Positions 18,172 to 28,255 are shown, numbered from the stretch's first letter. The stretch: DNA of 47,947 bases from an uncultured Ruminococcus sp. (GCA_964616605.1 CAZTRH010000005.1:1-47947); one strand, 5' to 3'. Notes: generated from the sequence alone by a model not told the origin. Program-made: numbers and translations.

Positions 18172-18915
18172 TTACCTTCCCGCCATTATTTGTTTTTTTT
18201 GATTAATCAAAAAACCATCTGATTTATCTTTAAGACAGCTTTGATAAATGCTGCCATATTTTGAAAAAGACCCATGATATATTTTATTTTCAGATAAGAT
18301 ATGCACAAGCCATAGAGGAACAGCACCAGCCGATTTAATTTCCATTATTCTGAAAGGCGCTGTTTCAAGCGTTTCGCCATAATCTCCGGCCCTCAGATCC
18401 AAATCAGTTCTGCGAAAACGCACATTGCTGTCAAATGTCACCCGGAATTCATCATCGTCATTGCTGAAAAAAGCTTCTCTGTCGTAACAGATTACAATTT
18501 TCGGAACCAACGACATACGGGTTTTCAATGCGTCAATTTCATCAAATACCTGACAATTAAGCGAGGGTTTTACATTAAACACACAATAATCAAAAAGCTC
18601 TTTATAAGGCAATTCAAGCCTGCGCTTATACGTTATCCCACGAAATTTCTTTTTTATTTCAAGAAACGCTGTGTCACTATCCCCAACTGTCTTTCCGTAA
18701 GCGCGCAATCTTAACTTTTGCTTAAACATGGGCTTTCCAAGCGACTGTCTGATCAAATCATCATTATCATTATCAAAATATATATTAAGAATTGTGTGCA
18801 GACCGAAATTATCTTCTGTCATAAATTGTTCTATTTCTTTACGAACAATATTGTATTGGGGCTGAGTCAGCAAAAATTTCATTTCTCTTCTCTTAAAAGT
18901 ATTGGCATATGCCAT
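18172..18915 (-). CDS. VTC-domain (polyphosphate polymerase-like, CYTH fold) protein
   Basis: FKRREMKF, NIYFD, KLRLRAY, FLEIKKK, YKRR, YDREAF, RVTFD, IMEIK, FSKY. Confidence 0.92.
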   Translation of the reverse strand: MAYANTFKRREMKFLLTQPQYNIVRKEIEQFMTEDNFGLHTILNIYFDNDNDDLIRQSLGKPMFKQKLRLRAYGKTVGDSDTAFLEIKKKFRGITYKRRLELPYKELFDYCVFNVKPSLNCQVFDEIDALKTRMSLVPKIVICYDREAFFSNDDDEFRVTFDSNVRFRRTDLDLRAGDYGETLETAPFRIMEIKSAGAVPLWLVHILSENKIYHGSFSKYGSIYQSCLKDKSDGFLINQKKQIMAGR

Positions 18916-19015
18916 TTATTAGTCACTTCCCGACACAATTTCAGATTACGTTTTTATTATACAAATTTATTGTGAAAATTTAATGATAAAATTTTAAATA
19001 ATATTTGTAAATTCC

Positions 19016-19050
19016 AAAAATACAGGCACAATCATATGATTGTGCCTGTA
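19016..19050 (-). terminator. Intrinsic terminator after recN
   Basis: Perfect 30-bp palindrome TACAGGCACAATCATATGATTGTGCCTGTA with a T-run on the minus strand. Confidence 0.85.
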
Positions 19051-19058
19051 ATAAACGA

Positions 19059-20708
19059 TTATTTTTCGCCAAGCATTTCTTCTGCTGCCGCAAGCGATCG
19101 TTCACCGGTGCCGCTGCCGTCAATTATTCTGGCAAGCTCCTGTATTCTTCCGCTGCGATCCAACTGTGTTATCCGTGTAAATGTGCGTTCGTTTTCCGTC
19201 TGCTTTTCTATAAGCAAATGAGTATCAGCCTTTGACGCAATCTGCGCTAAATGAGTAATACAAAGCACTTGCCTGCGCCGTGCTGTTTCGTATAATTTTA
19301 TGCCGACTTTCTGTGCTGCACGTCCACTGATTCCTGCGTCAACTTCATCAAAAATCAAAGTCGGAATATTATCATTTTCCGCAAGGACGCTCTTAATTGC
19401 GAGCATTATACGAGAAAGCTCACCGCCGCTTGCAATTTTGTTAAGCGGACGCAGTTCTTCTCCTGCATTTGCTGAAATCAGAAGTTCAATGCTGTCTTTC
19501 CCATTTATTGTGATTTTATCGGGATTTACCGCAAATACAATCCTCACATCGGGCATATCAAGGAATTTCAGCTGTTCGCAGATTTCATCTGAAAGTCTTT
19601 CAGCAGCTTTCTTTCGCAGACATGAAATTTCTTCAGCAAGCTGTTTTACTCTTTCCGCAAGCTCGTGTTTTCGCTGCGTAAGTTCTTCAATCTGCGTATC
19701 AGCTCCCGAAATTTCAGCAAGCTCTGCCTTGCACTGTTCCAGATAATCTACAAGGTCGTCCGCTTCCATTGCGTACTTGCGCTTGGCGTGTTTTAACGCT
19801 GACACTTGTTCGGAAAGTTCGGTTTCACGAGATTCATAGTCATCATCAACCAATGAATTTATTTCAGAAGATATATCCCACAATTCAGGAACAATCGTAT
19901 TTATCCGTTCGGCAATAGCTAATGCCTGTGGTGCAGCATCGCCGATTTTTTCTAGAATTGATGCGGCATTCTGAAGCATATCCATAGCAGCTTCGCTATT
20001 CTCGCTTTCAAAGCATGAATATGCCTCCCACACCGCTTTGCGAATTTTAGCACTGTTCTGAACCTTTGCAAGCTCATTTTCAAGCTGTTCGCCTGTTCCC
20101 TTTTCAAGATTTAATGCAGAAAGCTCCTCAACCGTTGCAGAAAGGCGTTCAATTCTGAATTCACGATTTTTTTCATCATCAAGCAGTAATTTCAACTTTT
20201 TTGAAATTGAAGCAAACTCCTTGAAAGCGGCACGATACGGTTCATATTTATCAGTGATTTTACCATACTTGTCCAGAATATCCCGCTGATTATCGTTTGA
20301 CACAAGTATTCTATTCTCATGCTGACCATGAATATCGACAAGCAGCGACCCAACAGTCTTTAGCATAGAAGCAGTAGCTGTTCTTCCGTTAATTCTCGCA
20401 GTACTTCTTCCATCGGCAAATATCTCTCTGGAGAGCAGAAGCTCACCGCCTGATTCAATGCCAAGTTCCTCTAAAGTATCAAGAACCTCAGTAGATAAAT
20501 CATCAAACAGCGCAGAAACAACAGCCTTATTTTCACCCGTGCGTACTATATCTTTTGCAGTACGCTGTCCGAGAATTGCATTTATTCCACCTATCAGAAT
20601 ACTTTTTCCTGCACCTGTTTCACCTGTAAAAACATTGAAATTATCTCCGAAATTAACCTGTGCCTTCTCAATTACAGCAAGATTTTCGATGGACAATTCC
20701 CGTAACAT
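19059..20708 (-). CDS. recN: DNA repair protein RecN
   Basis: TGETGAGKS, DIHGQH, coiled coil, ASGGELSR, IFDEVDAG, CITHLAQ. Confidence 0.97.
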   Translation of the reverse strand: MLRELSIENLAVIEKAQVNFGDNFNVFTGETGAGKSILIGGINAILGQRTAKDIVRTGENKAVVSALFDDLSTEVLDTLEELGIESGGELLLSREIFADGRSTARINGRTATASMLKTVGSLLVDIHGQHENRILVSNDNQRDILDKYGKITDKYEPYRAAFKEFASISKKLKLLLDDEKNREFRIERLSATVEELSALNLEKGTGEQLENELAKVQNSAKIRKAVWEAYSCFESENSEAAMDMLQNAASILEKIGDAAPQALAIAERINTIVPELWDISSEINSLVDDDYESRETELSEQVSALKHAKRKYAMEADDLVDYLEQCKAELAEISGADTQIEELTQRKHELAERVKQLAEEISCLRKKAAERLSDEICEQLKFLDMPDVRIVFAVNPDKITINGKDSIELLISANAGEELRPLNKIASGGELSRIMLAIKSVLAENDNIPTLIFDEVDAGISGRAAQKVGIKLYETARRRQVLCITHLAQIASKADTHLLIEKQTENERTFTRITQLDRSGRIQELARIIDGSGTGERSLAAAEEMLGEK

Positions 20709-20747
20709 CTGTTTTCCTCCTTTGACGTGCGTAACACATCAGCGCTC

Positions 20748-21194
20748 TTACTCCTCAGTCATCAACTTTCTGAACTGTGAAATCAAAGATATAGCGGCAT
20801 TTTCTGTTTTTGTGATAATAAACACCGTATCATCTCCTGCGATAGTTCCAACCACTGAACCGAATTTCAGTTCATCAATCACCTTACAGGCAGCATTCGC
20901 CATTCCCGAATGACACTTCAGCACAACAATATTCTGCGCATAATCCATTGAAATCACTGATTGTGCAAATATGCTGCTGTAATTCAAAGGTCGTTCCTCT
21001 TCAAAAAAATAGCAGTATACTCCATTTTCAGAAATTCGCTTAACTAGCTTCAACTCACGAATATCACGAGAGAGAGTTGCCTGCCCGACAGGAACATTTT
21101 GTTCAGTCAGAAGTTCTTGCAGGTCGTTTTGAGTTTCGACCTCATTCTGCGAAATAATTTTCAGAATTAGATTTTGTCTTTGTTTTTTATTCAT
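20748..21194 (-). CDS. argR: Arginine repressor
   Basis: QATLSRDIREL and GTIAGDDT. Confidence 0.97.
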   Translation of the reverse strand: MNKKQRQNLILKIISQNEVETQNDLQELLTEQNVPVGQATLSRDIRELKLVKRISENGVYCYFFEEERPLNYSSIFAQSVISMDYAQNIVVLKCHSGMANAACKVIDELKFGSVVGTIAGDDTVFIITKTENAAISLISQFRKLMTEE

Positions 21195-21205
21195 CTGAAA
21201 TACCC

Positions 21206-22051
21206 TTATTTAAGCGGCTGCATCAACTTTCCGAGAACCGCTCCGAAAAATCCATTGTCAAGCTCTATAATGCGCAATTTCTTTTTCGCACGCGAAATTC
21301 TCAGAATATCCCCGTCAAGCAGCGGAATACCCTTGCCGCCGTCTACGCTGAAAGAGGCTTTGCTGCCTTGATAATGTGCTACTTCAAGAGTTATAAGCTG
21401 ATCAGACGAAAAAATCATAGGTCGATTAAACAAAGTGTGCGCGCAAAGAGAAGTAAACTCAATGCAATCCATATCAGGCGACAAAATCGGTCCGCCCGCA
21501 GACAGCGAATACGCTGTTGAGCCGGTCGGTGTACTGAAAATCTGACCGTCAGCACGCTGTTTTGAAACAAGAGTATCTCCGCAGTAAACCGAATATTCAG
21601 GCAACTTTGAAACGCTGCTTCTTGATACAATTACATCGTTAAGGCAGGTATCGGTAAAAATTTTCTTTCCGCTGCGATACAAATTACAGTCCATCATCAT
21701 GCGATTGCTTGTGATATAATCGCTTAAAAGAATTTCGGGTATTCTCTTTACGTCTTTCGGTTCAACAGCCGCCATAAATCCAAGTCTGCCCATATTCACG
21801 CCCAGAAGAGGCAGATCGTATTCAGCAGCAAGTTTACCCCACTTAAGAATGGTACCATCGCCGCCGACTGTCAGCATAGAGCTGCACATTGCCGGAGTTT
21901 TTACAACTGTTGCGCCAATTTTCTTTGCATATTCTGCGTAATCCTCAGTAACAAAAGTCGGAAAGCCATTTATTCTGAGAAGCGTGCAGATATCTGCACA
22001 AAGCTCAGTTGCCCCTTCTTTTGCAAAATTACATCCGATAAGAACGCTCAT
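21206..22051 (-). CDS. nadK: NAD kinase
   Basis: GGDGT, GRLGF, LND, STPTGSTAYSLSAGGP. Confidence 0.96.
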   Translation of the reverse strand: MSVLIGCNFAKEGATELCADICTLLRINGFPTFVTEDYAEYAKKIGATVVKTPAMCSSMLTVGGDGTILKWGKLAAEYDLPLLGVNMGRLGFMAAVEPKDVKRIPEILLSDYITSNRMMMDCNLYRSGKKIFTDTCLNDVIVSRSSVSKLPEYSVYCGDTLVSKQRADGQIFSTPTGSTAYSLSAGGPILSPDMDCIEFTSLCAHTLFNRPMIFSSDQLITLEVAHYQGSKASFSVDGGKGIPLLDGDILRISRAKKKLRIIELDNGFFGAVLGKLMQPLK

Positions 22052-22797
22052 AGCCGCACCTCCTTTTTCATAAGTCCCAACAAAAATTCTTCATTTCCGC
22101 TGCCGCCGAGAATAGGTGAACCAACAACACCAATAACTTCAAAGCCACATTTTACAGCAAAATCTTTAATATTCTCAACACATTCAAGTCTTACTTTTTC
22201 GCTGCGGACAATTCCATTTTTTGACAAATTGCTTTTTCCAACTTCAAATTGCGGTTTTATCAAAGCCACAGCCTTGCACCCTATTTTTAAAAGCCGATAA
22301 ATATGCGGCAAAATCAGCTTCAGCGAAATAAACGATACATCGGTTCCTATAAAGTCAGCCTGCTCGCAAACGCTGCTATAATCAGAAAAATCAAAATCCC
22401 GTATATCAGTCTGTTCCAAAGAAATAATGCGTTTATCGTGTCTCAGAGAACTATCAAGCTGATCACGTCCCACGTCAACCGCAAACACCAATTTTGCGCC
22501 ATTTTGTATCATGCAGTCCGTAAAACCGCCTGTTGACGCACCTATATCAACGCAAATTTTCCCACTAAGATCAAACGCAAAATGCTCAAGTGCCTTTTCA
22601 AGTTTCAGACCGCCCCTTCCAACGTACTTTGGTTTGCTGTCGTCCGCTATCGTTATTTCATCTTGCTCAAGCACATTCAAAGATGGCTTCAGAGCTGGTT
22701 TCCCGTTTACAAATACACCGCCGGAAGCAATAATACTCTGTGCTGCAGTACGGCTGCGGCAAAAACCGTTTTCCGATAAATACAAATCCAATCTCAT
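22048..22797 (-). CDS. tlyA: TlyA-family rRNA methyltransferase
   Basis: S4 domain, YVGRGGLKL, DIGASTGGFTD, DVSFISL, LIKPQFE, GNEEF. Confidence 0.96.
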   Translation of the reverse strand: MRLDLYLSENGFCRSRTAAQSIIASGGVFVNGKPALKPSLNVLEQDEITIADDSKPKYVGRGGLKLEKALEHFAFDLSGKICVDIGASTGGFTDCMIQNGAKLVFAVDVGRDQLDSSLRHDKRIISLEQTDIRDFDFSDYSSVCEQADFIGTDVSFISLKLILPHIYRLLKIGCKAVALIKPQFEVGKSNLSKNGIVRSEKVRLECVENIKDFAVKCGFEVIGVVGSPILGGSGNEEFLLGLMKKEVRL

Positions 22798-22819
22798 AAT
22801 AAATATCCAATAACCAACT

Positions 22820-24676
22820 TCACTTGCAAATCAACTTCCTCATCATTCCGTCAAAATCAAGTCCATACATCTCAAGCTGTTCGCTAACAGATGCCGCACC
22901 GACAAATTCTCCTCTTACGCCAATGCTCTCCGCTTTCCCTTGAAAGCGCTTTTCAAGGAGCATGGAAAACAAACCTTCAGCAACTCCTCCGCATAGACTG
23001 CTTTCCTCAAAGAACACTATACGCTTGTATTTCATTGCAATATCCAAAATTTCCTGCGAAATTGGATTGATAGTCACCATTCTCAGCACATCGCAATGAG
23101 CTGCATTTGCCGCTTTTACAAGGTCAACCGAAATTCTGCCATAACCAATCGCAAGCAAGTCGGAATTTTTTCCCGAATAATAGTATTCTGACGCAGCAGC
23201 AAGCTCCTTTGTACGAAGATTTTCTGAAATCTGCGGCTCTGCGCCTTTGGGATAACGTACACACGCAACGCCGTCTGTTTCATAAATCGCACGATTGATA
23301 CACAAACGCAGTTCGTCATAAGTAGCAGGCGAATAAATCACTGTATCCGGAATAATTCTAAGCATTGGAACATCAAATATTCCTTGATGTGTTTCGCCAT
23401 CTGCACCTACAAATCCTGCTCTGTCTATACACAGAACAATGTGAGTATTTTCTATTGCGCAATCATGAAGCACCTGATCAAATCCACGTTGTAAAAAGGT
23501 TGAGTAAACCGCAAAAACAGGAAGCATTCCTTGCGAAGATAACCCTGCGCAGAACGTAACAGAATGCTGCTCGGCAATTCCTGTGTCAAAAAATCTTGAT
23601 GCGCAGGAGTTTTTAAAATAATTCAGTCCGACAGCATATTTCATTGCCGCAGTCACAGCGCAAATTCTGCTGTCAAACCGTCCTATACGTTCAATTTCTC
23701 TTCCAAATACTTCAGAAAAAGAGCATGGCTTTTTATTCAAATCCGTATCTTCAAACGAACGAACCGTGCCGTTCTCACCTACTGCATGATACTCACCCGG
23801 ATTGTTCTCAGCAGGCTTATATCCCTTGCCTTTTTGCGTAAAAACATGAACCACGCATGGACGCCGCATCATTTTTGCAACAGACAACGCTTCAATCAGA
23901 TCTTCAATATCATGACCATTCACCGGTCCAATATATGTAAAACCCATATTTTCAAAAAGGTTGCTGCTGTCATACAAAGCTTCTTTAAGCAATGATTTTG
24001 CCGCTGCCGCAGCACGTTCCAGACGCCTTCCCACAAGCGGAACAGACGACAACACCGTTTTGAACTTTTCTTTTGCACAATAATATTTTTTGGTAGAACG
24101 GATATTTGCAAGATATCTTGCCAGCGCACCCGTGCTTTTACTTATAGACATAGCGTTATCGTTCAGTACAAGAGTAAGATTTGTCGCAACCTTACCTGCA
24201 TTGTTAAGACCTTCGTAAGCCATACCTCCGGTGAACGCTCCATCTCCGATAACCGCCGCAACAGAACCGCTCTCGCCTTTCAGCCGCATTGCCGATGATA
24301 TGCCGTAAGCCGCCGAAACAGAAGTGCTGCTATGACCCGAAATAAATGCGTCAGCCGATGACTCAAGGCTTCTTGTAAATCCCGAAACACCGCCCTTTTT
24401 CCTCAACGTGCCAAACGAGGAGTAACGTCCTGTAAGCAGCTTATGTGCATATGCCTGATGTCCCACGTCCCACACTATCTTATCGCCATTATTTACATCA
24501 TAAACAAAATGCAGCGCAACAGCAAGTTCCACAGACCCAAGATTAGAAGCCAGATGTCCGCCGTTTTTCATAACCGTCCGTAAAATACACCCCCGCAGTT
24601 CCCTGCAAAGTGCAGTGAGCTGCGGAGTGGTCATATCAGAAATTTTATCGTGACAAATACTATCGTTCAGATACAT
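22820..24676 (-). CDS. dxs: 1-deoxy-D-xylulose-5-phosphate synthase
   Basis: GGHLASNLG, WDVGHQ, GDGA, IAEQH, YSTFLQR, DGETHQG; GGAGG RBS before ATG 24676. Confidence 0.97.
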   Translation of the reverse strand: MYLNDSICHDKISDMTTPQLTALCRELRGCILRTVMKNGGHLASNLGSVELAVALHFVYDVNNGDKIVWDVGHQAYAHKLLTGRYSSFGTLRKKGGVSGFTRSLESSADAFISGHSSTSVSAAYGISSAMRLKGESGSVAAVIGDGAFTGGMAYEGLNNAGKVATNLTLVLNDNAMSISKSTGALARYLANIRSTKKYYCAKEKFKTVLSSVPLVGRRLERAAAAAKSLLKEALYDSSNLFENMGFTYIGPVNGHDIEDLIEALSVAKMMRRPCVVHVFTQKGKGYKPAENNPGEYHAVGENGTVRSFEDTDLNKKPCSFSEVFGREIERIGRFDSRICAVTAAMKYAVGLNYFKNSCASRFFDTGIAEQHSVTFCAGLSSQGMLPVFAVYSTFLQRGFDQVLHDCAIENTHIVLCIDRAGFVGADGETHQGIFDVPMLRIIPDTVIYSPATYDELRLCINRAIYETDGVACVRYPKGAEPQISENLRTKELAAASEYYYSGKNSDLLAIGYGRISVDLVKAANAAHCDVLRMVTINPISQEILDIAMKYKRIVFFEESSLCGGVAEGLFSMLLEKRFQGKAESIGVRGEFVGAASVSEQLEMYGLDFDGMMRKLICK

Positions 24677-24706
24677 TATGCAGACCTCCAAGCCTCAAAA
24701 AACGTT

Positions 24707-25201
24707 TTATACAGGCAGCGGAAACAGGAATGCTATAATTATGCCCAGCATAGAGCCTGCCATTACCTCAATAGGAGTATGACCCAGAAATTCTTTAAGC
24801 TGCTTCTGATTTACAAGTTCATTTATATCAGGGTCAGCTTCCGAACCGCTTAACTGTGAAATCTCATCATCAAGTTCATCTACTATTTTACGCAGCTTAT
24901 TTAGGTCTTTTGCGTGAAGTCCTGCATTATATCGCACGCTCAATGCGTCATAAATTACAATTCCGGCAAGCAGCACAGCAAACGCAAATTCAGTACTCTG
25001 AAGTCCCTTAAACCTCATCGTATAAAAAGCCACACTTACCACCAGAGCCGAATGTGAGGACGGCATTCCACCTGCTCCGACAATTCGTTCTGCATTAAAC
25101 GTCCTGAATTTAATCGAATGAATAACAGTTTTTATAATCTGCGCCAAAATCCAGGAAATGAAACCGACAGACGCTATAGGATTAAACATCAATACCTTCA
25201 T
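24707..25201 (-). CDS. Divergent PAP2 / DUF212 membrane protein
   Basis: GGMPSSHSA, YDA, LGHTPIEV. Confidence 0.93.
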   Translation of the reverse strand: MKVLMFNPIASVGFISWILAQIIKTVIHSIKFRTFNAERIVGAGGMPSSHSALVVSVAFYTMRFKGLQSTEFAFAVLLAGIVIYDALSVRYNAGLHAKDLNKLRKIVDELDDEISQLSGSEADPDINELVNQKQLKEFLGHTPIEVMAGSMLGIIIAFLFPLPV

Positions 25202-25213
25202 ATAAAACCTCCG

Positions 25214-26101
25214 TCAGTGTTTACGATAAAGTAGCTGTGATGCAAGCTCGACAAGAAAATCCGCGTCGTCAAATTCACCAAGAAAGCCAACAGCCTGCTT
25301 TGTAAGAGTTTCAGCCTGTTTTCGTGCTTCATCAATTCCTACCGCAAAGACATAAGTATGCTTCCCGCTCTGGGCGTCGCTGTTGACAGGTTTTCCTATT
25401 GTCTGTTCGTCAAGCGTTACGTCCATTATATCGTCAACTATCTGAAACGCTGTACCTAATCTCTGACCATATGCGGCAGCGGCAACTTGTTCTCTTGCAC
25501 CTGCACCTGCGGCAATGCAGCCCGCCTTACACGCAAATTCAAGCAGCGCACCCGTTTTCATCCGATACATTTCAAGAATGGCAGGAGTATCTGGGATAAC
25601 ATTTTCAAATTCAAGATCAAGAGTCTGACCGCCAATCATGCCGAAAACTCCGACATTATCAGAAAGCAGACTTATTATCTTAAGCGCCGATTCCTGAGGC
25701 AGCAGCTTTTTAAGCGCTGCTTCAGCTATAATTTTATAAGGCAGAACCGCCAGAGCGTCACCTGCAAGCATAGCGGTTGATTCACCGAATTTTTTATGAC
25801 ACGAAGGCTTGCCACGCCTTAAATCGTCATCGTCCATGCAGGGCATATCGTCGTGGATAAGTGAAAACGTGTGCGTCATTTCAAGTGCGCACGCAACAGG
25901 CAGCGCAGTTTCGGGCGCCCCCCCACACAAACGGCAAAACTCCATAACAAGCGCAGGACGAATTCTTTTTCCTCCTGCAAAAAGGCTATATCTCGCCGCT
26001 TTTATAACGCTGTTCTGAAGGCAGGTCGTATCAGGAAGATATTTTTCAAGAGCGTCCTCTGTCATTTCAGCGTAATCACGAAGAATTTCGTTTACATTCA
26101 T
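25214..26101 (-). CDS. ispA: Farnesyl-diphosphate synthase
   Basis: GGKRIRP, SLIHDDMPCMDDDDLRRG, KTGAL, FQIVDD. Confidence 0.96.
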   Translation of the reverse strand: MNVNEILRDYAEMTEDALEKYLPDTTCLQNSVIKAARYSLFAGGKRIRPALVMEFCRLCGGAPETALPVACALEMTHTFSLIHDDMPCMDDDDLRRGKPSCHKKFGESTAMLAGDALAVLPYKIIAEAALKKLLPQESALKIISLLSDNVGVFGMIGGQTLDLEFENVIPDTPAILEMYRMKTGALLEFACKAGCIAAGAGAREQVAAAAYGQRLGTAFQIVDDIMDVTLDEQTIGKPVNSDAQSGKHTYVFAVGIDEARKQAETLTKQAVGFLGEFDDADFLVELASQLLYRKH

Positions 26102-26107
26102 AACCTA

Positions 26108-26284
26108 TCAATTCCCTTCAAGCTGCTCGATTTTGAGTTTAGCATTCTCAATATAGTCACCTAGCTGTTTCGACAAAGCCACAGCTTCGGTATATAATTT
26201 CATAGACTCGTCCAGAGAAATACCGCCGTCGCTCATTTTATCGGAAATTTCTTTCAGCCTGATCATTTCCTTTTCAAATTCCAT
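26108..26284 (-). CDS. xseB: Exodeoxyribonuclease VII small subunit (58 aa; below the ORF-track cutoff)
   Basis: Hand translation MEFEKEMIRLKEISDKMSDGGISLDESMKLYTEAVALSKQLGDYIENAKLKIEQLEGN; lies between xseA and ispA. Confidence 0.93.
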   Translation of the reverse strand: MEFEKEMIRLKEISDKMSDGGISLDESMKLYTEAVALSKQLGDYIENAKLKIEQLEGN

Positions 26285-26293
26285 TCTTCAACC

Positions 26294-27502
26294 TCATTTT
26301 CTGATTTCCTTAACTTCAGCAATCACGCTTCCGTCAGCAAATGATATTTCAAGCATATCGCCGCAACCCAGTATCTTAGCAGAACTTATAACCGTTCCGT
26401 TTTTCTTCGCAAATGAATAACCTCGCTGTAAAACTCCCATTGGGTTCAGGTCGCTAATCGACTGCACCATTGACGAAAACGCAAACTCAGCTTTGGCAAT
26501 GCGTCTGTGAATATTGTTTGATATGCATTCTTCAATGCGGAAAAGTTCATTTTCCCATTTTGCTATCCTCCCATAGGGGGAAAACAATCTGATATCCTTT
26601 TCCAGAAGTTCCAGCTCTTTCTTTGCACTGTTAAGCGCCATGTCCGCAGACATCTCAGCCATTTTCCGACAGTGAAGTATCTGTCCCATCACATTTCTGA
26701 TATCAGGAACAGCGATTTCAGCCGCCTGAGTAGGAGTAGACGCTCTCACGTCAGCTGCAAGATCGGCAATTGTTGTGTCTGTTTCGTGACCAACCGCACT
26801 GATAACAGGAATTTCCGAAGCATAAATTGCTCTCGCAAGCTGTTCGGAATTAAAACAGTTCAAATCTTCCTTTGAACCGCCGCCACGACCGATGATTATC
26901 ACATCTGCGCCGATTTTCTGCGCTTTAGCAAGCCCGTCAACAAGAGAGGAAACAGCTCCTTCTCCCTGTACAACAGCAGGAATAACGCAAATTTCCGTTA
27001 TAGGATAACGCATGGCAGTAGTTTCAATAACATCGTGAACTACCGCACCCGTAGGCGAAGTAATAACAGCTATCTTCTTCGGATATTCAGGGAAAGGACG
27101 TTTTCTATCGAAAATTCCCTCTGATTTAAGCTTTTCTACAAGTCTTTGCAAAGCCGCAGCAGCTTCACCTTCACCGTCCATTTCAATTGACGAGCATATC
27201 ATCTGGTATTTTCCATATGGAACATACACGTCAATATAGCCGCCGCACACAACCATATCTCCTGCCGCTAAATCCAAATCCAATGCTTTCACGCCCTCAA
27301 ACATAGCGCACGAAATCACGGAATTTTCATCTTTCAGCGTAAAATAAAGATACTGCGAGCCGGGTCGTCTGCCTGCTTTTCGTGTAATCTGAGAGATTTC
27401 ACCGCGCACAAAAAAGCCGTTCAACTCAACATTGTCGGACAGCGTCGCCTTAATTTCTCCCGTAATCTCCGATACAGTGCGGATTTCCCTTAAATTATGC
27501 AT
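26294..27502 (-). CDS. xseA: Exodeoxyribonuclease VII large subunit
   Basis: GEIS, YFTLKD, RGGGSKEDL, SAVGHETD, STPTQAAE, LQRGYS. Confidence 0.97.
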   Translation of the reverse strand: MHNLREIRTVSEITGEIKATLSDNVELNGFFVRGEISQITRKAGRRPGSQYLYFTLKDENSVISCAMFEGVKALDLDLAAGDMVVCGGYIDVYVPYGKYQMICSSIEMDGEGEAAAALQRLVEKLKSEGIFDRKRPFPEYPKKIAVITSPTGAVVHDVIETTAMRYPITEICVIPAVVQGEGAVSSLVDGLAKAQKIGADVIIIGRGGGSKEDLNCFNSEQLARAIYASEIPVISAVGHETDTTIADLAADVRASTPTQAAEIAVPDIRNVMGQILHCRKMAEMSADMALNSAKKELELLEKDIRLFSPYGRIAKWENELFRIEECISNNIHRRIAKAEFAFSSMVQSISDLNPMGVLQRGYSFAKKNGTVISSAKILGCGDMLEISFADGSVIAEVKEIRK

Positions 27503-27911
27503 TTCCTTCAAGTTCCCTCTTGTATGAATTAAGCAGACCGTTTATAAATCCACTGTCCGATTTCTGAGAATATTTTTTTGCAAGTTCGACAGCTTCGTTA
27601 ATAGCAGCAGCATTCGGAACCTTATCGCAATATTTCATTTCGTAAATAGCAATTTTAAGTATAACGGAATTAACCTTTGCAATTCTGGCAGCAGAACGTG
27701 TTCTGGAATACTTTGAAATTACAGCGGCAAGTTCTTCTTCATGCTCAAGTACTCCGCGGACAATCTCGTCCGTCTGTTCGTTCTTCGCCATATCAAAAGC
27801 GTCCGCATTCAGTTCGTCTATTTCTTCAAGTGTTGTACCGAACTGCATCTGATACAATTCAAGGAAAGCGCCCTCTCTTACTTCCGGGCGCGAAAGTTTT
27901 ATCTGACTCAT
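27495..27911 (-). CDS. nusB: Transcription antitermination factor NusB
   Basis: LYQ, INEAVELAKKY, FINGLL. Confidence 0.95.
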   Translation of the reverse strand: MSQIKLSRPEVREGAFLELYQMQFGTTLEEIDELNADAFDMAKNEQTDEIVRGVLEHEEELAAVISKYSRTRSAARIAKVNSVILKIAIYEMKYCDKVPNAAAINEAVELAKKYSQKSDSGFINGLLNSYKRELEGNA

Positions 27912-28255
27912 TGTGCCACCTCTGTGTTATCTTTGTAGCTTACACCCATAATATTCACATCTACCTTAGTAACGGTAAACCCTGTCATATTCTGAACAGC
28001 AGACTTCACGCTTCTCTGAACGCCCTCTGCAACACTTACTGCGTTAAAACCTTCGAGGATATTCAAATTCATGCGTATAGCCGCAGCTTCGCCGATAACC
28101 TTTGCACGGACAGGATTTTTCTTGATTACTACGCCCATTCTGTCAGTTCCCACATCAACGCCTTCGATTTCACTCGCAGCAGTCTGCGCTATTTTTACAA
28201 GAACCTCTTCAGACACTTTCATACTTCCCGGAGTATGTTTCTTAGATATTTCCAT
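27908..28255 (-). CDS. Asp23/Gls24-family protein (YqhY-like)
   Basis: GSMKVSEEVL, VQRSVKSAVQNMTG and VDVNI; conserved position before nusB. Confidence 0.92.
   Translation of the reverse strand: MEISKKHTPGSMKVSEEVLVKIAQTAASEIEGVDVGTDRMGVVIKKNPVRAKVIGEAAAIRMNLNILEGFNAVSVAEGVQRSVKSAVQNMTGFTVTKVDVNIMGVSYKDNTEVAQ

Noticed and set aside
19021-19050. Perfect 30-bp palindrome as a MITE or operator
   Set aside because: Single copy, 8 bp after the recN stop with a T-tract; a terminator explains it.
22048-22797. tlyA and hemolysin III (14899-15567) as virulence factors
   Set aside because: Both are widespread housekeeping families; tlyA sits in its usual dxs-tlyA-nadK context.
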